A stretch of 61,542 bases of DNA, filler included, from Asterionella formosa (GCA_002256025.1; 10 parts of 10 records of this genome joined end to end with filler, not necessarily neighbours in it), one strand, 5' to 3'. Numbered from the whole stretch's first letter, positions 37,892 to 50,492 are shown. Numbers and translations: made by a program. The notes: generated from the letters alone by a model not told the origin.

Positions 37892-39299
37892 TGCAGTGCT
37901 GTGTTGGCCAGCCAGAAAAATAAGAATAACCGGTAGCTAAAATAATGGACCTTGTTCGGCACATATTTGGCAAACAATACTACCTGGTACCATCCTGCAC
38001 ATGACCATTAATCGAAGATATAAAGATCACTTGACCAACAAATTGAAGACGTTCTCGCAAACATTCATTCCGCTTGTCATTGCTAGTATTTCGTTGTTGT
38101 TGCAGAACGGGTGTTTGAAATATTCAAACATAGACGTAAATAAATACATATATGGTTGGCTTAATTATACTGGGACTCGTGTGTACATGAATATGTCAGA
38201 ATATTCAATTGTTGGGTTGACAGTAACTCAATGCGTGCATTCTCTTCAAGTGTTTATTTGCTTACCTGTATATGCATACTTTCGGAGACAAATTAAATGT
38301 GAATAAATGACGGTTGCGGTAAGTGCTGTCGTTGGATCAATGCTCACAAGAATTACCCGTTAGAACATAAGTAACACATCCTTTTATATCTATAAGGGTA
38401 ATTGTATACAAAGATTATAGGGAAGTTCTGAACATCAATGTCATCATGATTTATTGACGAATATGGAAAGAACTGAACATGGATTCATATCATTGTTGCG
38501 GTAAATGACCATATCATCATGATTGGAACTGCCTGTTGTATTAAAAGCTAGACAAGACAAGACTAACACACAATTCCTTCCCATTAGTTAATACAGTGAA
38601 CAATCGAAATAGATCGTTGGACACATTGTGATGGGAAAACCTGTGTGACGGAATACATCTATTCATGGTAAGTGAAAATAGAATGGAACTGCATGTTGTT
38701 GCATAAAAATAATATGACTAACATGTATTTGCTTCGCAGTTGTTACAACATTAACATGAATACTAATAATGAAGGAAAACTCTGATACGGAGAAGAAGGG
38801 AATGAGGAGAGGCAACCCGCCGCTATCAGCGACATCAGTTCATCCTTCGGAATCAGACAAGTACAAGGGAAAGGAAGAAGTGGGCAGTTACAGTTGTGTC
38901 AGAAACGGGGTAGCAGGGAAGTAGCCGCAGACAAGAGAATGAACAGGAGTGAGACGGTGTGAGATAACTGTTTCTATAGATAGATTGAAACAATTCTAAA
39001 TCTAGTAGTTAAATTACAATCCGTTTCCACATATTTTGGACAAATACTTCATAGTGATACGATGGTAATAATATGGCTAAAAGATAAACAAATACACAAT
39101 AGAGGATGTAGCTAAGGTAAATCGATGATGGTCTTGTAAGTACAATTAGTAATTCATGGTCATGAGAAGAGCAATTGAAATTCAAAGGGAAGTAGTGATT
39201 TCGACTTGAGTTGTTGTTACTCATTTACTGTATTTGTATGATTACTTTGTGGTTACCACTATGTGTCACTATGGATCAATATTAGAACAATATGATCAA

Positions 39300-40760
39300 A
39301 TATTATAAGTATAAACATGCTAGCTAACACAAATAACAAACGCGTATCATGCACAGAAAAATTCTGTGCCAGTCATCGTACGATACCCCTGATCTTATAT
39401 GTACAATACTTTTTATTTGCAGACGTATCTATCAATGACACTTTATTCATACCGCAGTATACATCAACATGTATTGATATTTTAGAGGAAAGGGTGAAGA
39501 GATTTATGTCAGTTACTAAGATAATGATTGGTCCCCAACGGGAAATGATATCTCAAATTGGCTTGTTATGAATGGCAAAATTTCATGGAATGAAACCTTA
39601 CACTCATCTGATTAGGAAGTTCGGATCTCCTCTTAATTTCTTTGGTGGATAGCAATTTGGAGTCTTTTTTGAAAAGACAAATTGAAACGAGCGACTCAGT
39701 AAGCGTGTCAATGGACAATTACATCGATTAAAGCATGACATTTTAACAAGGTCATATGAAACAAGGCAGTTTGCCTTGGCACGAAAAATTGTTTTTGTAA
39801 GTGATTCATTACATACAGAAAACAAACAAAAGAAGATGAGTAGAGAAAATAGCATCAATGTAACTGAGGGTATTTCAACAGAAATTGATTTCGAAGGAAT
39901 GATTCCGGATACAATGATGTTGCCTAGCTAGTACGTCGCCTGATAATTTGGGAAAGTTGCCTACTACCAAGATCCATTCACCAGCCAGATCTTCCTGTTA
40001 AAGTTCAATTTTCTGCTTCATCATCAAATGGTCTATAGACTATAGCAGGTGTCCCTAATAAGATTGGGCATGCTGTATCACGGAGTAAGTATGCACCCTT
40101 GTCTCAATTGGTTCATCCTGATTTACCGAAGGGGGCCGACTACGTAAAGAGCATTGCGAATTCAGCAACAGAAATAGCAAGAATCAAAAGTCTTGAAGAT
40201 GGGGTTGGGCCTGTTTCCATTGTAAGGATTGACTTTTATTATCATGTTAAAATTGAAAGTAACGTTCCCGGCCAAACTACTATTTTCAGATGCCATCCGA
40301 AATGGAATATTGATTCAAAGGCAGGAATCTCTGGTCGTGAATGGTTTGACTGGGTCGAAGTGAACTGGGAGAAGGGAGATGGATCAAGTTTCAACACAGT
40401 TCTGGCAAAACTACCCACTTCTTTGGGGAAATGTTATTTTCTCCAACTCAACAACAACCATTCTCTTAGCGTGTATTCGTTCCTTGAAAAGTTCAACTGA
40501 AATGAAATGAAAATTCATAAACGTATGTTTTTTGCAAGAGGAGACACCTTATGCAATGATACAACTGAATTGAGCGTTTTTGAATTTCATAATATACTTT
40601 CGGCAGCATTTGTTGTTCCTGCTTTGAAACCACAGGAATCAAGGAAATCTCTGAAACCGCAAGAAGCAAGTTTTGGAACAGATACGGAAAGATAATTTTT
40701 ATGTTGCCATGACTCCACGTAATTTATGGAAATCAATCGGGTGGGACCAAAAACTAACAA
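39300..40760 (+). mobile_element. Decayed CACTA/Plavaka-like transposase C-terminal region
   Basis: KFHGMKPYTHLIRKFGSPLNFFGG and FRCHPKW...WFDWVEVNW motifs, broken by stops. A reverse-complement homolog lies at about 59990-60850. Confidence 0.5.
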
Positions 40761-40865
40761 GCGAACGTTGATAAATATATATAAGAATAATATAAATGAT
40801 AATGATAACAATATAGTTTTACATACTAAATTGGTTATTATGAGGTTTTCACAAACTACAATTTC

Positions 40866-41252
40866 CTAAGAAAGTGAGTCGTAAATGCACGTAAACAACT
40901 GCGCACTGTTCTGTGCGTCACGCGTCTGGGAATGAACATGTGTGGCTGCGTGAGCAACCACATTTGCCATGGTGACCCTTCCATATTCGGTGATTAGGTT
41001 TCGCCCAACGTTGTGGTCATCAGGGACCGTGAGGATGGAGGACCATCCAAATGCGTCGGCTCGTTGCTGCAAGGCTTGAAGGAAAAGGCGGAGGCCTCCA
41101 GTTTCACCATCGAAGGGATGATTGAGTTTTTCGGTTGCAGACTTGTACAATTTCATCCCTTCATTTGAGTTGTAATCAATGGGATCAGGATTTGCGAGAG
41201 CTGGGGTTAGAGCAAAGACGAAAGCCGCATGGGCGTTGGGAGCTTGAGCCAT
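40866..41252 (-). pseudogene. Truncated gag-like N-terminus of a diatom-type retrotransposon
   Basis: FALTPA...IDY...GMKLYKSATEKL...FDG...FLQALQQRA...GW...NLITEYG...QTRDAQ...CIYDSLS, ending abruptly in AT-rich sequence. Confidence 0.55.
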
Positions 41253-41747
41253 GTTAGGTTCTAGACCATGAAGTCGAGAGGATCGACGAAGAATGATAGA
41301 CGATAGTCTACAATACGACGGTTGTCGTGTTGCGCAGGGGAAGCGTGAGGGAAACCAGCAAATATTCAAACGAATAAATGCAGTTCGACAATAACCAAAG
41401 TAAGACGCAAATCAATAACAGATTAGTCTAGTTTCAATTATATGTCTCATAATCATTGGGCATTGTCTGCAAAAGCGCGCTAGCCTGTCTAACATGCACC
41501 AAACAGCCTAACCCTAACCGTCAAACATTTGAATACCCAATGACACTGCACCCCTGGCACCAGGGAGCAAGGGCACATGAGAAATGCATAATTCTCACAC
41601 AATCCTCTCCATCCCTGCCGGTGTGTTTCGTAAGAACTACTTCGCATTCTGGTTTCTGTTGGCAATTGCTTGGGGATTTGGTGCTGCTATTTTCATTACT
41701 GTTCTCTCATTGACTGAGAGTCTAGAGGATATTTTCCGTGTGACTAA

Positions 41748-43067
41748 GGGTCGTTCTTATCATTTTCGATTTGGTATCATTTTTTTTGAAAAAGTATCAT
41801 GTAACGGCTACTCGACTTAAACCGAAAAGATCCATTCTCCACAAAAATAAAAATGAAATTGTATCACCAAAAAGTATCACGAAAATTCAACGGTTACGGG
41901 CTGGCTACAATCATGTGCATATCCCTCCAGGCTTCCCTCCAGACTATTTCGATAATTTTCCAATACTAAAACCATGTAGGAAAACTACGCGTATTATGTA
42001 GCAGTATGGAATATATAGCTGACATACCTGCTTAATTCTTGATTTGCCATGAGTCAACACAGACATGCAAGATCGTCTATACACTTCTTCTTACACTTCC
42101 GCTTGCCATCATCCCCTTTCAGGTTTACAAGCAATCAGCACCATGTCATCATTGTCAGTGCACAATGACGAACAAGTGGATCAACATTGGACTGAAGAAG
42201 GTGCCGTGAATATCAACGATGGAAATGATGATGATGGCAATGATGTCATCAGTAATCAATTTTTTGATAATGACAACAACCATCAATTCTTTGATTACGA
42301 TGACCATGATCAATTCTTTATCCTTTGTCATCTGGCTCTGGAGGCTGAAACGAAAGTTAAAAAGAGGAAGGCGAAATGGGAGCATGAGAGAATGTCATGG
42401 CATTCTCATGTCAAGAAGCTGTGTCATGAGGACGCATTTGAAAAGACTTATAGAATGTCCCTTCGAGCCTTTAAGAAGTTGGTTTACTTGCTGGAGAGTG
42501 ATGTCATTGGGAATTTCTCCAAGTGCGGTACAGCTACTCCCATTTACCCAGAAATTGAGCTGGCCATTGGCATTCGATGGTTGGCTGGAGGCAGCTACAT
42601 AGACATTCGTCATGCCTATGGATGTAGCATAGCTTCAATCTATAGATGCCGAGATTTATTTCTTGAAGCCGTGCTTAACTTTGATTATCTGAAAATTATA
42701 TTTCCTAAAATCAGGAGTGATTTGGTGAAATTGGCTATAGCCTTTGAACAAAAGAGCACAGAAGGGTTGATCAGAGGGTGTGTTGGTGCTATTGATGGTT
42801 TGTTAGCCAGAATTAGTCGCCCCACGCTACGTGACTGTGGAAACAATCCAGGAGCTTTTTATTCTGGACATTACATGACTTATGGTATCAATGTTCAGGC
42901 TATCTGTGATGTTGAGAATAGATTTATATTTTTTGGGGTGATTGCTCCTGGACGATGCAGTGATCAAGTTGCATTTGAGAGAACTGCTCTACCCAACAAA
43001 ACTGCATTATTTGATTCTGGTTTTTATCTTGTTGGTGATGCAGCATATACATTGTCAGATGTCACGT
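41748..43067 (+). mobile_element. PIF/Harbinger transposon: left TIR and DDE_Tnp_4 (HARBI1-like) transposase, cut by the contig end
   Basis: TAA target followed by TIR GGGTCGTTCTTATCATT. Intact ORF with FEKTYRMS, IRWLAGGSYIDI, GCVGAIDG, YGINVQAICD, YLVGDAAY. Confidence 0.9.
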
Positions 43068-43989
43068 NNNNNNNNNNNNNNNNNNNNNNNNNNNNNNNNN
43101 NNNNNNNNNNNTTAATTAATTAANNNNNNNNNNNNNNNNNNNNNNNNNNNNNNNNNNNNNNNNNNNNAAGGATCAAAAGAAGGATGGAATTATTGCAAGT
43201 GGCAGGGTGGGGGGTGGGAATTATGATAGGGTCAGGATGCAATATAATGTAGGGTTAGGTTTAGGGGTGAGGGCTACAATGACTAGGGTTAGGGTTAGGG
43301 AAAAGGGAAGACGCCTCTAGGCGTCATCCCTATAGAGCATCCAGCCCTTCTAGGGCTGGACATGTAACTGTAGCACGCAGTATGACTAATCCTACAGATG
43401 GAAACTGGTATGAGAATGAATGTGTAAGTACCGGTTGTTTGTTTTTTGATATGAATATGTAGAAGGGCACTGTTTTGTACTTACCAGAGTGATGGTCATG
43501 TAAAAATGTTACAAATTATTATAATGTTATGCATGTAATATATATATATATTATTCGCATTCGCGGGTGCGTCCTGAATGACATGGTGGAGTGGAAATAT
43601 TCGCTATTTCTTTTTGGTTTGGTTTTGCAATTCCGTGGGCACATTGTTTTTGATGTCAATGATAATGGTTGTACGACAATGTTAACATTTTACTGTACAG
43701 TATAATGTACTTGTATCTTGTACCTTTGTATTTTTGTACTGGTTGACTAGTACTGATTTGAAATGATGATCGGTATTTTATAATGATTATTTTTATGCAG
43801 CTGCACATACGAAAAAGTCAAGATTGTACGAAAGATATCAATGTGTGTCAATGCGAAGTGAGAAATTGTACTGGAAAGTCCAAAGTCGGCCATCGGTCGT
43901 TGTGGTTATGAAAGGCAATTTTTATAGCTTATTGATTTCATGTGTCGATATGTAATTTTTGGCATTAGAAAGAGTGGTTGATATCTACA

Positions 43990-45402
43990 GTCAACATTGA
44001 AGGGTCGATTCTACGTTGGTGTTTTTCCATTTGTTCACGTCAGGATCTAGATTACTATAGGCCTCTTCCATAAGGGTCTGGTGGTCCATTGCTGCTGGAA
44101 AATAGCTTCCCGTACCCTCCGGGTGCGTTACTCCCGGTTGGTGCATGGATCTGTGCAGGTTTATTATGCTCCTGCAGCATCGCATTCGCCGTACGACTCC
44201 TGCTACCCACATCACAACGTACGTATAGATGCAGTCCCTCCATATGGCTATGTAACCTAAACCTGGAGGTAGTCCTAGTCTATCACACAAAGGGGGATTA
44301 CTCCCCACGAGGTTTTGTGTGACCCCGTCCTTGATCAGGCAGTGAGTATATTACAGTAGTTGGAATCACTACTTCCATCGCTTGCCCGTAGGAGCTACAT
44401 GTCAATGTACTATGTGTACCTGACCACCCCTCAAGCTATGGACGTAGTGCCTCTAAAGTAATGATGAATCTACTACATTGCCTCGTTATCAGATATGTCA
44501 CGCTGCAAAATGGCATCTTCTATGATCAAGGTAGATAGACTTCTCGATAGCTTTGGTAAAGCCATCGCTAAGATTCAACTTAGTGTCTACCTTCACGAGT
44601 TGGATGATTCCAGATGCACAACACTCTCGCACACAGTGGTAATTAACCATACTATGTTTCTTATGACATTCAGACCCAGGATTCGAGGTACTTTGGAGCG
44701 AGCCTAGGTTGTCTCCCAATAATAGCGTTCGTGTCGTCCCGGGCACCCCTAAAGATCTCAGCATGTATCTAATGCTGATGGCTTCCTCAGCAGCCGTTCT
44801 ACCCGCACATAGCTTTGCAGTGTAAGTGCTAGTTGCTATGGCCCCTTGACGCTTCGATGCCCATGTTACTGGGGTAGATCCTATAAAGGCAATCATCCCA
44901 GTAATAGAGCGTCTCGTTTTCTGATCATGGGCGTGGTCTGAATCAAAGTATATGGTTGTGCTAAGTTCCTTCCCTAGTGGGATAGGGAATTTCTCATCCA
45001 TTTCTTCGATTGCTCCCGGGTACTGCTCAGTCCAATCTGCGCTCTCGTACATGATGTCATGCTTTGGTAAGACATAGTTTTCCGGATTTATCTTAATCGC
45101 CAGTGCTCTATTCTTGTTAATATACTTGAATACTCGCTCCAGTGCATTTAGATGTTTTATCCGCGGTGCAGAGCTGAATCGACTTAAAGACGAAATGGCA
45201 TAGCAAAGATCAAGCCTACCACATGTTATCAACCACTGGGCTATTCCAACTAGTTGTTGGTACAACCTGTGTTGGTCGACGTCTAGTAGTTGTGAATTGT
45301 CTAGCTCTGGATGGAATGTTGGTGAGATAGGTGTGTCATCCTTGCCAAGGTCCTTCCGGCCTAGCATGGTTTTCACTCTCTCCAGAGTTTCCTTGACGTA
45401 GG
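43990..45402 (-). mobile_element. 5'-truncated Copia fragment (RT C-terminus and RNase H, 45376-44498) with PPT and probable LTR (about 44426-43990)
   Basis: YQQLVGIAQW, GRLDLCYAISSLSRF, YFDSDHAHDQKTRRSITG, WASKRQGAIATST, LLGDN, NLSDGFTK. Purine tract GAGGGG at 44432-44427 (minus strand). Confidence 0.88.
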
Positions 45403-45431
45403 TTTGGGTTAGGGTTAGGGTTAGGGTTAGG
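45403..45431 (+). repeat. Interstitial telomere-type repeat TTTGGG(TTAGGG)3TTAGG
   Basis: Read directly from the sequence; lies between two truncated Copia fragments. Confidence 0.85.
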
Positions 45432-48400
45432 CCCAGATAGCAGCAGACCTCGGTTACCCTGTGCTAGCCTATTGCGACTGCCCTGGGTTTTTTGACAACA
45501 GAGGCCCTGAGATCAACATTGCAAATGCAGTCAACATCAAGCTTGCTTTGCAAGAAGCCAAGTGCATGAAGGTGCTAATTCTGATCAGCTTCAAAAGCCT
45601 TGAAGCCGACCGTGGCCGCGGTCTTGCAGACATGCTGACCCTTGACTAGATCAAATAATCTCTTTTATTTCAATCAGATTTCCTTTCAGCCCACCACACA
45701 CCGCTTATCTCCTATTCTCAGCTCAGAGTTGTGTCATCAACGACTTGGTCATCCTGGCATGCATCAACTTCGCCATCTTCCACATTGCAGCACAGGCCTG
45801 CCTTCCTTTGGATCTCCATCACCTTATACACCCTCTCCATCATTGTCCCATCTGCAGTCAAGCACATGCCCGCCGTAACACCATGGGCCACACCACTTCT
45901 GTTGCTGATCTCCTTCCTGGCTCCCGCTTTCATTTGGATTTTGGTTTCATGCGTGCCAGTTCTCAATCTTTCCAGAAACAAGTCAGTGCTCCCCGTATTG
46001 TGCATTCATATGATGGCTATAATTCCTATCTCTTAATCACTCATGCTAAAACCCGTTTTACATGGGTATTCTTAACTGCTACCAAATCTCCTCCAGTTGA
46101 TATTGTTCACAAATTCCTAACTACTTTTGGTCTTCGTGATGGCTACCGTGCTCTCCGTGTCGATCAAGGCGGTGAACTATGGCGATCTGATGCCTTGCGC
46201 ACCGTTACTTCCACAGCTGGTTATATTATGGAACCCACTGGCAGTGACAGTCCACATCAAAATGGGAAAGTTGAACGCCTCAATGGCACATTTGGTGTCA
46301 TGGTCCGCTCTCTTCTCTATTCTGCTGGCCTTCCCCCAGCATACTGGAGTGCTGCACTTGTTCATGCTGTCTACCTTAAGAATCGCCTCTGGCACTCTTC
46401 GCTTCAGTGTACTCCTTTTGAATCCTGGAATGGTTCCCCACCTGATCTATCCCACTTACGTGTTTTTGGCTCCCTTATCACAGCACGTATTCCTGGTGCT
46501 CGCCCTGCTAAGCTGGATCGGCATACCTATGATGGCATTTTTCTTGGGTACTCTGGTTCTGATAAAAATGTTCTATATATTGACATTCATTCCGGTCGTA
46601 TCAAGATTGGTAGCAGCTTCACTTTTGATGAAGCCCACTTTACCTCTTCCAAACGCCCTCCTGGGCCTCAATTTCTCTTTGACCTTGGTCTCCACCAATC
46701 TACTATCCTGGAGCCCCATACTGAGCAATTGTCCACAACCATTCCTGCTGCTGCCCCTGAACCACCCTTTCCTATGTGTGCACCTATGATTCCTCCACTC
46801 CATGCATGTGCTTTTCCCCTAACCTTTGGTGAAAACTTCACACCTCCTCCTTCCAATGCCTTCCTTCTCCTGGTGATCATCCTACAATTGCTGCCGCTGC
46901 TGCCCTTTCTGCTCCAGAAGTAATGTCGATTGAATTGTCTGGGAATCCTTTTGGCCCTAGCTTTGTTGAATCTATTCCGATCACAGGTACACATATCACA
47001 GCTGGCCTGGAAGTTCAATTTGATCCCATTCGTGGATGCCTTTACTTGATATCCTGCACCCCTGGTACACCCGCTGCCCGCATCAGTCACTGGCGCTCTC
47101 GTCTTCGCTTTGCTTATATCTTATCTGTAAATGATGTTCCTGTTTCCACCATTACTGATCTGGTCTCTGCCATTGCTCATGCGCGTACTACTTCTCCCCA
47201 GCCATGCCTCAACCTGCAACATCTCTTTTACCTTTGATGACATCCACAACACTCTTTCAGCTCAGGGTCTCCCTCAATTATATTTTGACCAACTTCGAGA
47301 TATACGTAAAATTCAACACAGCTTGCACAAGGATTTTTCTGTCCCTAAAGCCAGTCGCTTAACTCGAAAGGGCCTTCAAACCCAACCTGACTGGTTGGAA
47401 TGGCTTGCTGCTGAGTTCCACCAATTAGATCAATATGCCCAGCAGGATATGTTTGGTGATCCTTGCCCTCCTCCTCTTGATGCTTCCATCTTTCATTGGG
47501 TATGGATATACAAAATCAAGGAAGAAGAACAAAACCGAAAAAAGGCTAGGGCTGTTTGTGATGGCTCTACTCGTGGGGGACAAGCTCAAGTTCATGGTCC
47601 CACATATGCACCCACCCCTGACATGACGGATATGCGTCTCTTCTTTGCACTTGCTGCTCTTGAGAACAAATTGGTCTTTGGTGCTGACGTTTCCAATGCC
47701 TTTGCTGAAGCCACTGCCCCTGAACAGGTGTATTACATGCGTGTTGATCCCCAATACCGTGAGTGGTGGGCTAGTAAAGGTCATCCACCCATTCCAGTCG
47801 GTTATGTCATTCCAATAAGAAAGAACTTACAAGGTCATCCTGAAGCTCCTCGCCAATGGTCCCGCCACATTGATACCATCTTGCAGGAATACAATTTTGT
47901 CCACACAGTTCATGCTCCTTGCCTCTACCGTGCTACAATATACAATGAAAATGTACTATTCCTTCGACAAACTGATGACTTTGCCATTGCAACCAATGAC
48001 TTGCTACTTTATACCCACATCTGTGATGCCATTGATAGCAAACTCCTTGTTCCCATGAAACGACAGGGTTTACTAACTCATTACAACGGTGTTGATATCA
48101 ATCAAACTAGCAATTTCATCACTATCCACTGTGGTACATACATCCGCAAACTCCTCCAGAATCATGCTTGGATGGACATGAAACCATCTAAACTTCCCAT
48201 GCCTGCTGACAATAACCATATCAAAGCCCTTGACACCATCTTGTGCCCTACCACAGAGGCTGAACATCTGGCACTGGAAACAAGCTATTTTCGATATCGG
48301 GGAGCCATTGGTGAACTCATATGGGCCATGATTACCTGTCGTCCTGAACTCAGTTTTCCTGTTGTTAAATTGAGTCAATTCTCCACCCACCCTGCTGCCC

Positions 48401-49226
48401 TTCACTATCAGGCAGTCAAACGTGTCTTCAAATATCTTGCTGGCACTCTGGACCATGGTCTCACATACTGGCGCCCTTCATCTCATCCTGAACTCCCTAG
48501 CATCTTTCCCCCTTCTCGGCTTGCCAAACCAGCTGATCAACACCTCCATCATGATGTCTCTGATGCCAGTGAACGCTATTCCCCTTTTTCTGTTTTTGGC
48601 TATGTTGACTCTGATTGGGCTACTGACATACGGCACCGGCGATCAATCTCTGGCATTGTTTTTAAACTTGCTGGTGCTGCCATTTCCTGGAAATGCCGTG
48701 TGCAACCCACTATTTCGTTGAGTTCCACAGAAGCCGAATTTTTGGCTGCTAGTGATGCTGGAAAAATGGCCCTTTACCTCCGATCAATCCTTGATGAACT
48801 CCATGTTCCCCAGACATTTGCTACCCTCCTCTATGAAGATAATCGTGGTGCCTTGCTTATGGCCCATGCTGGTCAACCCACTAAGCAATCTCGTCATATT
48901 GATATATGACATTATGCTCTCACTGACTGGGTTGAGCGCGATCTGGTTGCTCTTGAAGATGTTGCATCTGGTCTCAATGCCGCAGATGCCATCACGAAAC
49001 AAACTGGTGGAATTCTTTTTGCCTGGCATCTTGACAATATCACTGGGCGTCTCACCCCACTGTATGTCTCATCTGTCACACTTGCTTCTTCCCTCAAACC
49101 TGCCCTTTGAGCGAGGGGGGGTGTCAGTGTGGTTTACAGCTGAACCGTCTGTCCTACCTACCTACAGTAGAATAATATATCACGTAGTCATAATTTTGCA
49201 TTTCATCTTTTGATATTGCATTCACA
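45432..49226 (+). mobile_element. 5'-truncated Ty1/Copia element (IN, PDZ-like insert, RT, RH), PPT at 49109-49121, 3' LTR from 49122
   Basis: LCHQRLGHPG...CPIC. Integrase FHLDFGF, RVDQGGEL, QNGKVERLN. RT RKKARAV, ADVSNAF, LQGHPEAPRQW, RQTDD, CRPEL. RNase H YVDSDWA, SSTEAEF, YEDNRGA, RHIDI. GAGCGAGGGGGGG then TGTCAG. Frameshifts near 45800, 46850 and 47220; stop at 48907. Confidence 0.93.
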
Positions 49227-49326
49227 NNNNNNNNNNNNNNNNNNNNNNNNNNNNNNNNNNNNNNNNNNNNTTAATTAATTAANNNNNNNNNNNNNNNNNN
49301 NNNNNNNNNNNNNNNNNNNNNNNNNN

Positions 49327-49513
49327 GCGTGAAAACGTCAGTATCACTGATACCGTTTTTGGAGGGGGCAAAAAAAGGTATCAATTTTGTATCAATGATA
49401 CAAAATTGATACCATCAAGTTACCGTTGCTGATACCGTGTTTTGATACCAACCGTCACTTTTTGCCCGCAACCCGGAAATGATACAGCAAATTCGGAATG
49501 ATAAGAACGACCC
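49327..49513 (-). mobile_element. Terminal region of the Harbinger family seen at 41748 (TIR ending 49513, then TAA)
   Basis: AATGATAAGAACGACCC is the exact reverse complement of the 41748 TIR. It carries similar subterminal GTATCA/TGATAC motifs. Confidence 0.8.
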
Positions 49514-49821
49514 TAAACCATACAAAATATAGCTGGTACAGACCAGTATGCACAGCCAATCATCCTCGACATAACAGCCAGTAACGAAAAATCTGGAACC
49601 AGAAGCAGGGCATGTCTACCGGTACGATAATGATACCGGTATATCGTTTACTTAGTATTATGTACTCCGAAGTACATTTTAGACGAAGGAAGCAAGGCAC
49701 CAAACTTGCTCAAACACCGGTACGTCGTCAAGGCAAGGGACAGCCGTTGAATGGCATATAGACGCTGCAACTGAAAGACTGGCTGCTCAACTGACTTAAT
49801 TCAATCATCCGATGCGATAGT

Positions 49822-50367
49822 ATGGAAACCTTGGGCAAGGGAGGTATGCCTGAATTGGTAGCCAATATCGAAGTTATGCAAATTTTATCAGAACGAATAC
49901 AAGAACGTAAATCAAAACGAAAACCAACTTCCAACCCGAAGCTTCGACATCGGGATTGGATTGAAGAGCAGGTGCATGGCTATCTAAAGAGGACGCCATG
50001 CATGCAAGATTACGAACGTGCGCCGGAACTTGTGGCCAAGCTAAGAGCTGACCCGTCGAGAAAAAAGGCTGGAGGGCCCAATGGATTTGGTCTGACGGAT
50101 GCTGAGGGCTTGCAAATATTAAATTTTATGCCACAGGAGTCGGTAGAGCTTCACTTGATGATTGAAGATTTGCAATCGAGAATGTCTGATGAACGGCAAG
50201 ATATGTTGCTATCGATTATTGGTTCGTACAGTAACACAATGTCTACAGATGTACTTTCGACTAAAATGGAAACGAAACGGACCGGCGATGCTGATCACCT
50301 CGAATACGGCGATGAACCGTCCAATATGAACGGTGATGTCAAAATGAAGACAGAGCCGTTATTATAG
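49822..50367 (+). CDS. RPC17: RNA polymerase III subunit RPC17/C17 (RPC9, CRCP; Rpb4-family HRDC-like)
   Basis: LVANIEVMQIL, VHGYLKRTPC, GLTDAEGLQILNFMPQESVELHLMIEDLQSRMSDE match the Rpb4/C17 pattern (LsNxEV...YL...LTxxExLQilNxxPxxxVElxxxIEd). Confidence 0.8.
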   Translation: METLGKGGMPELVANIEVMQILSERIQERKSKRKPTSNPKLRHRDWIEEQVHGYLKRTPCMQDYERAPELVAKLRADPSRKKAGGPNGFGLTDAEGLQILNFMPQESVELHLMIEDLQSRMSDERQDMLLSIIGSYSNTMSTDVLSTKMETKRTGDADHLEYGDEPSNMNGDVKMKTEPLL

Positions 50368-50492
50368 TCCATGTTTCCGGTGTTGTGTGTATTGTGGAAC
50401 TAAACATTACCACTTGTCAATAAATGACAATGTTATATAGTCCATGTTTCCGGTGTAATGTGTATTGTGGAAGTTAACAGTACGACTTGTCA
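50358..50492 (+). repeat. About 74-bp tandem duplication covering the RPC17 stop codon and the start of its 3' UTR
   Basis: GTTATATAGTCCATGTTTCCGGTGT...TGTGTATTGTGGAA...ACTTGTCA occurs twice. Confidence 0.8.

Noticed and set aside
41748..49516. A single Harbinger element with matching TIRs and TAA duplication enclosing nested Copia elements
   Set aside because: The two TIRs are on different contigs separated by artificial spacers. TAA is the generic target of the superfamily, so these are most likely independent copies.
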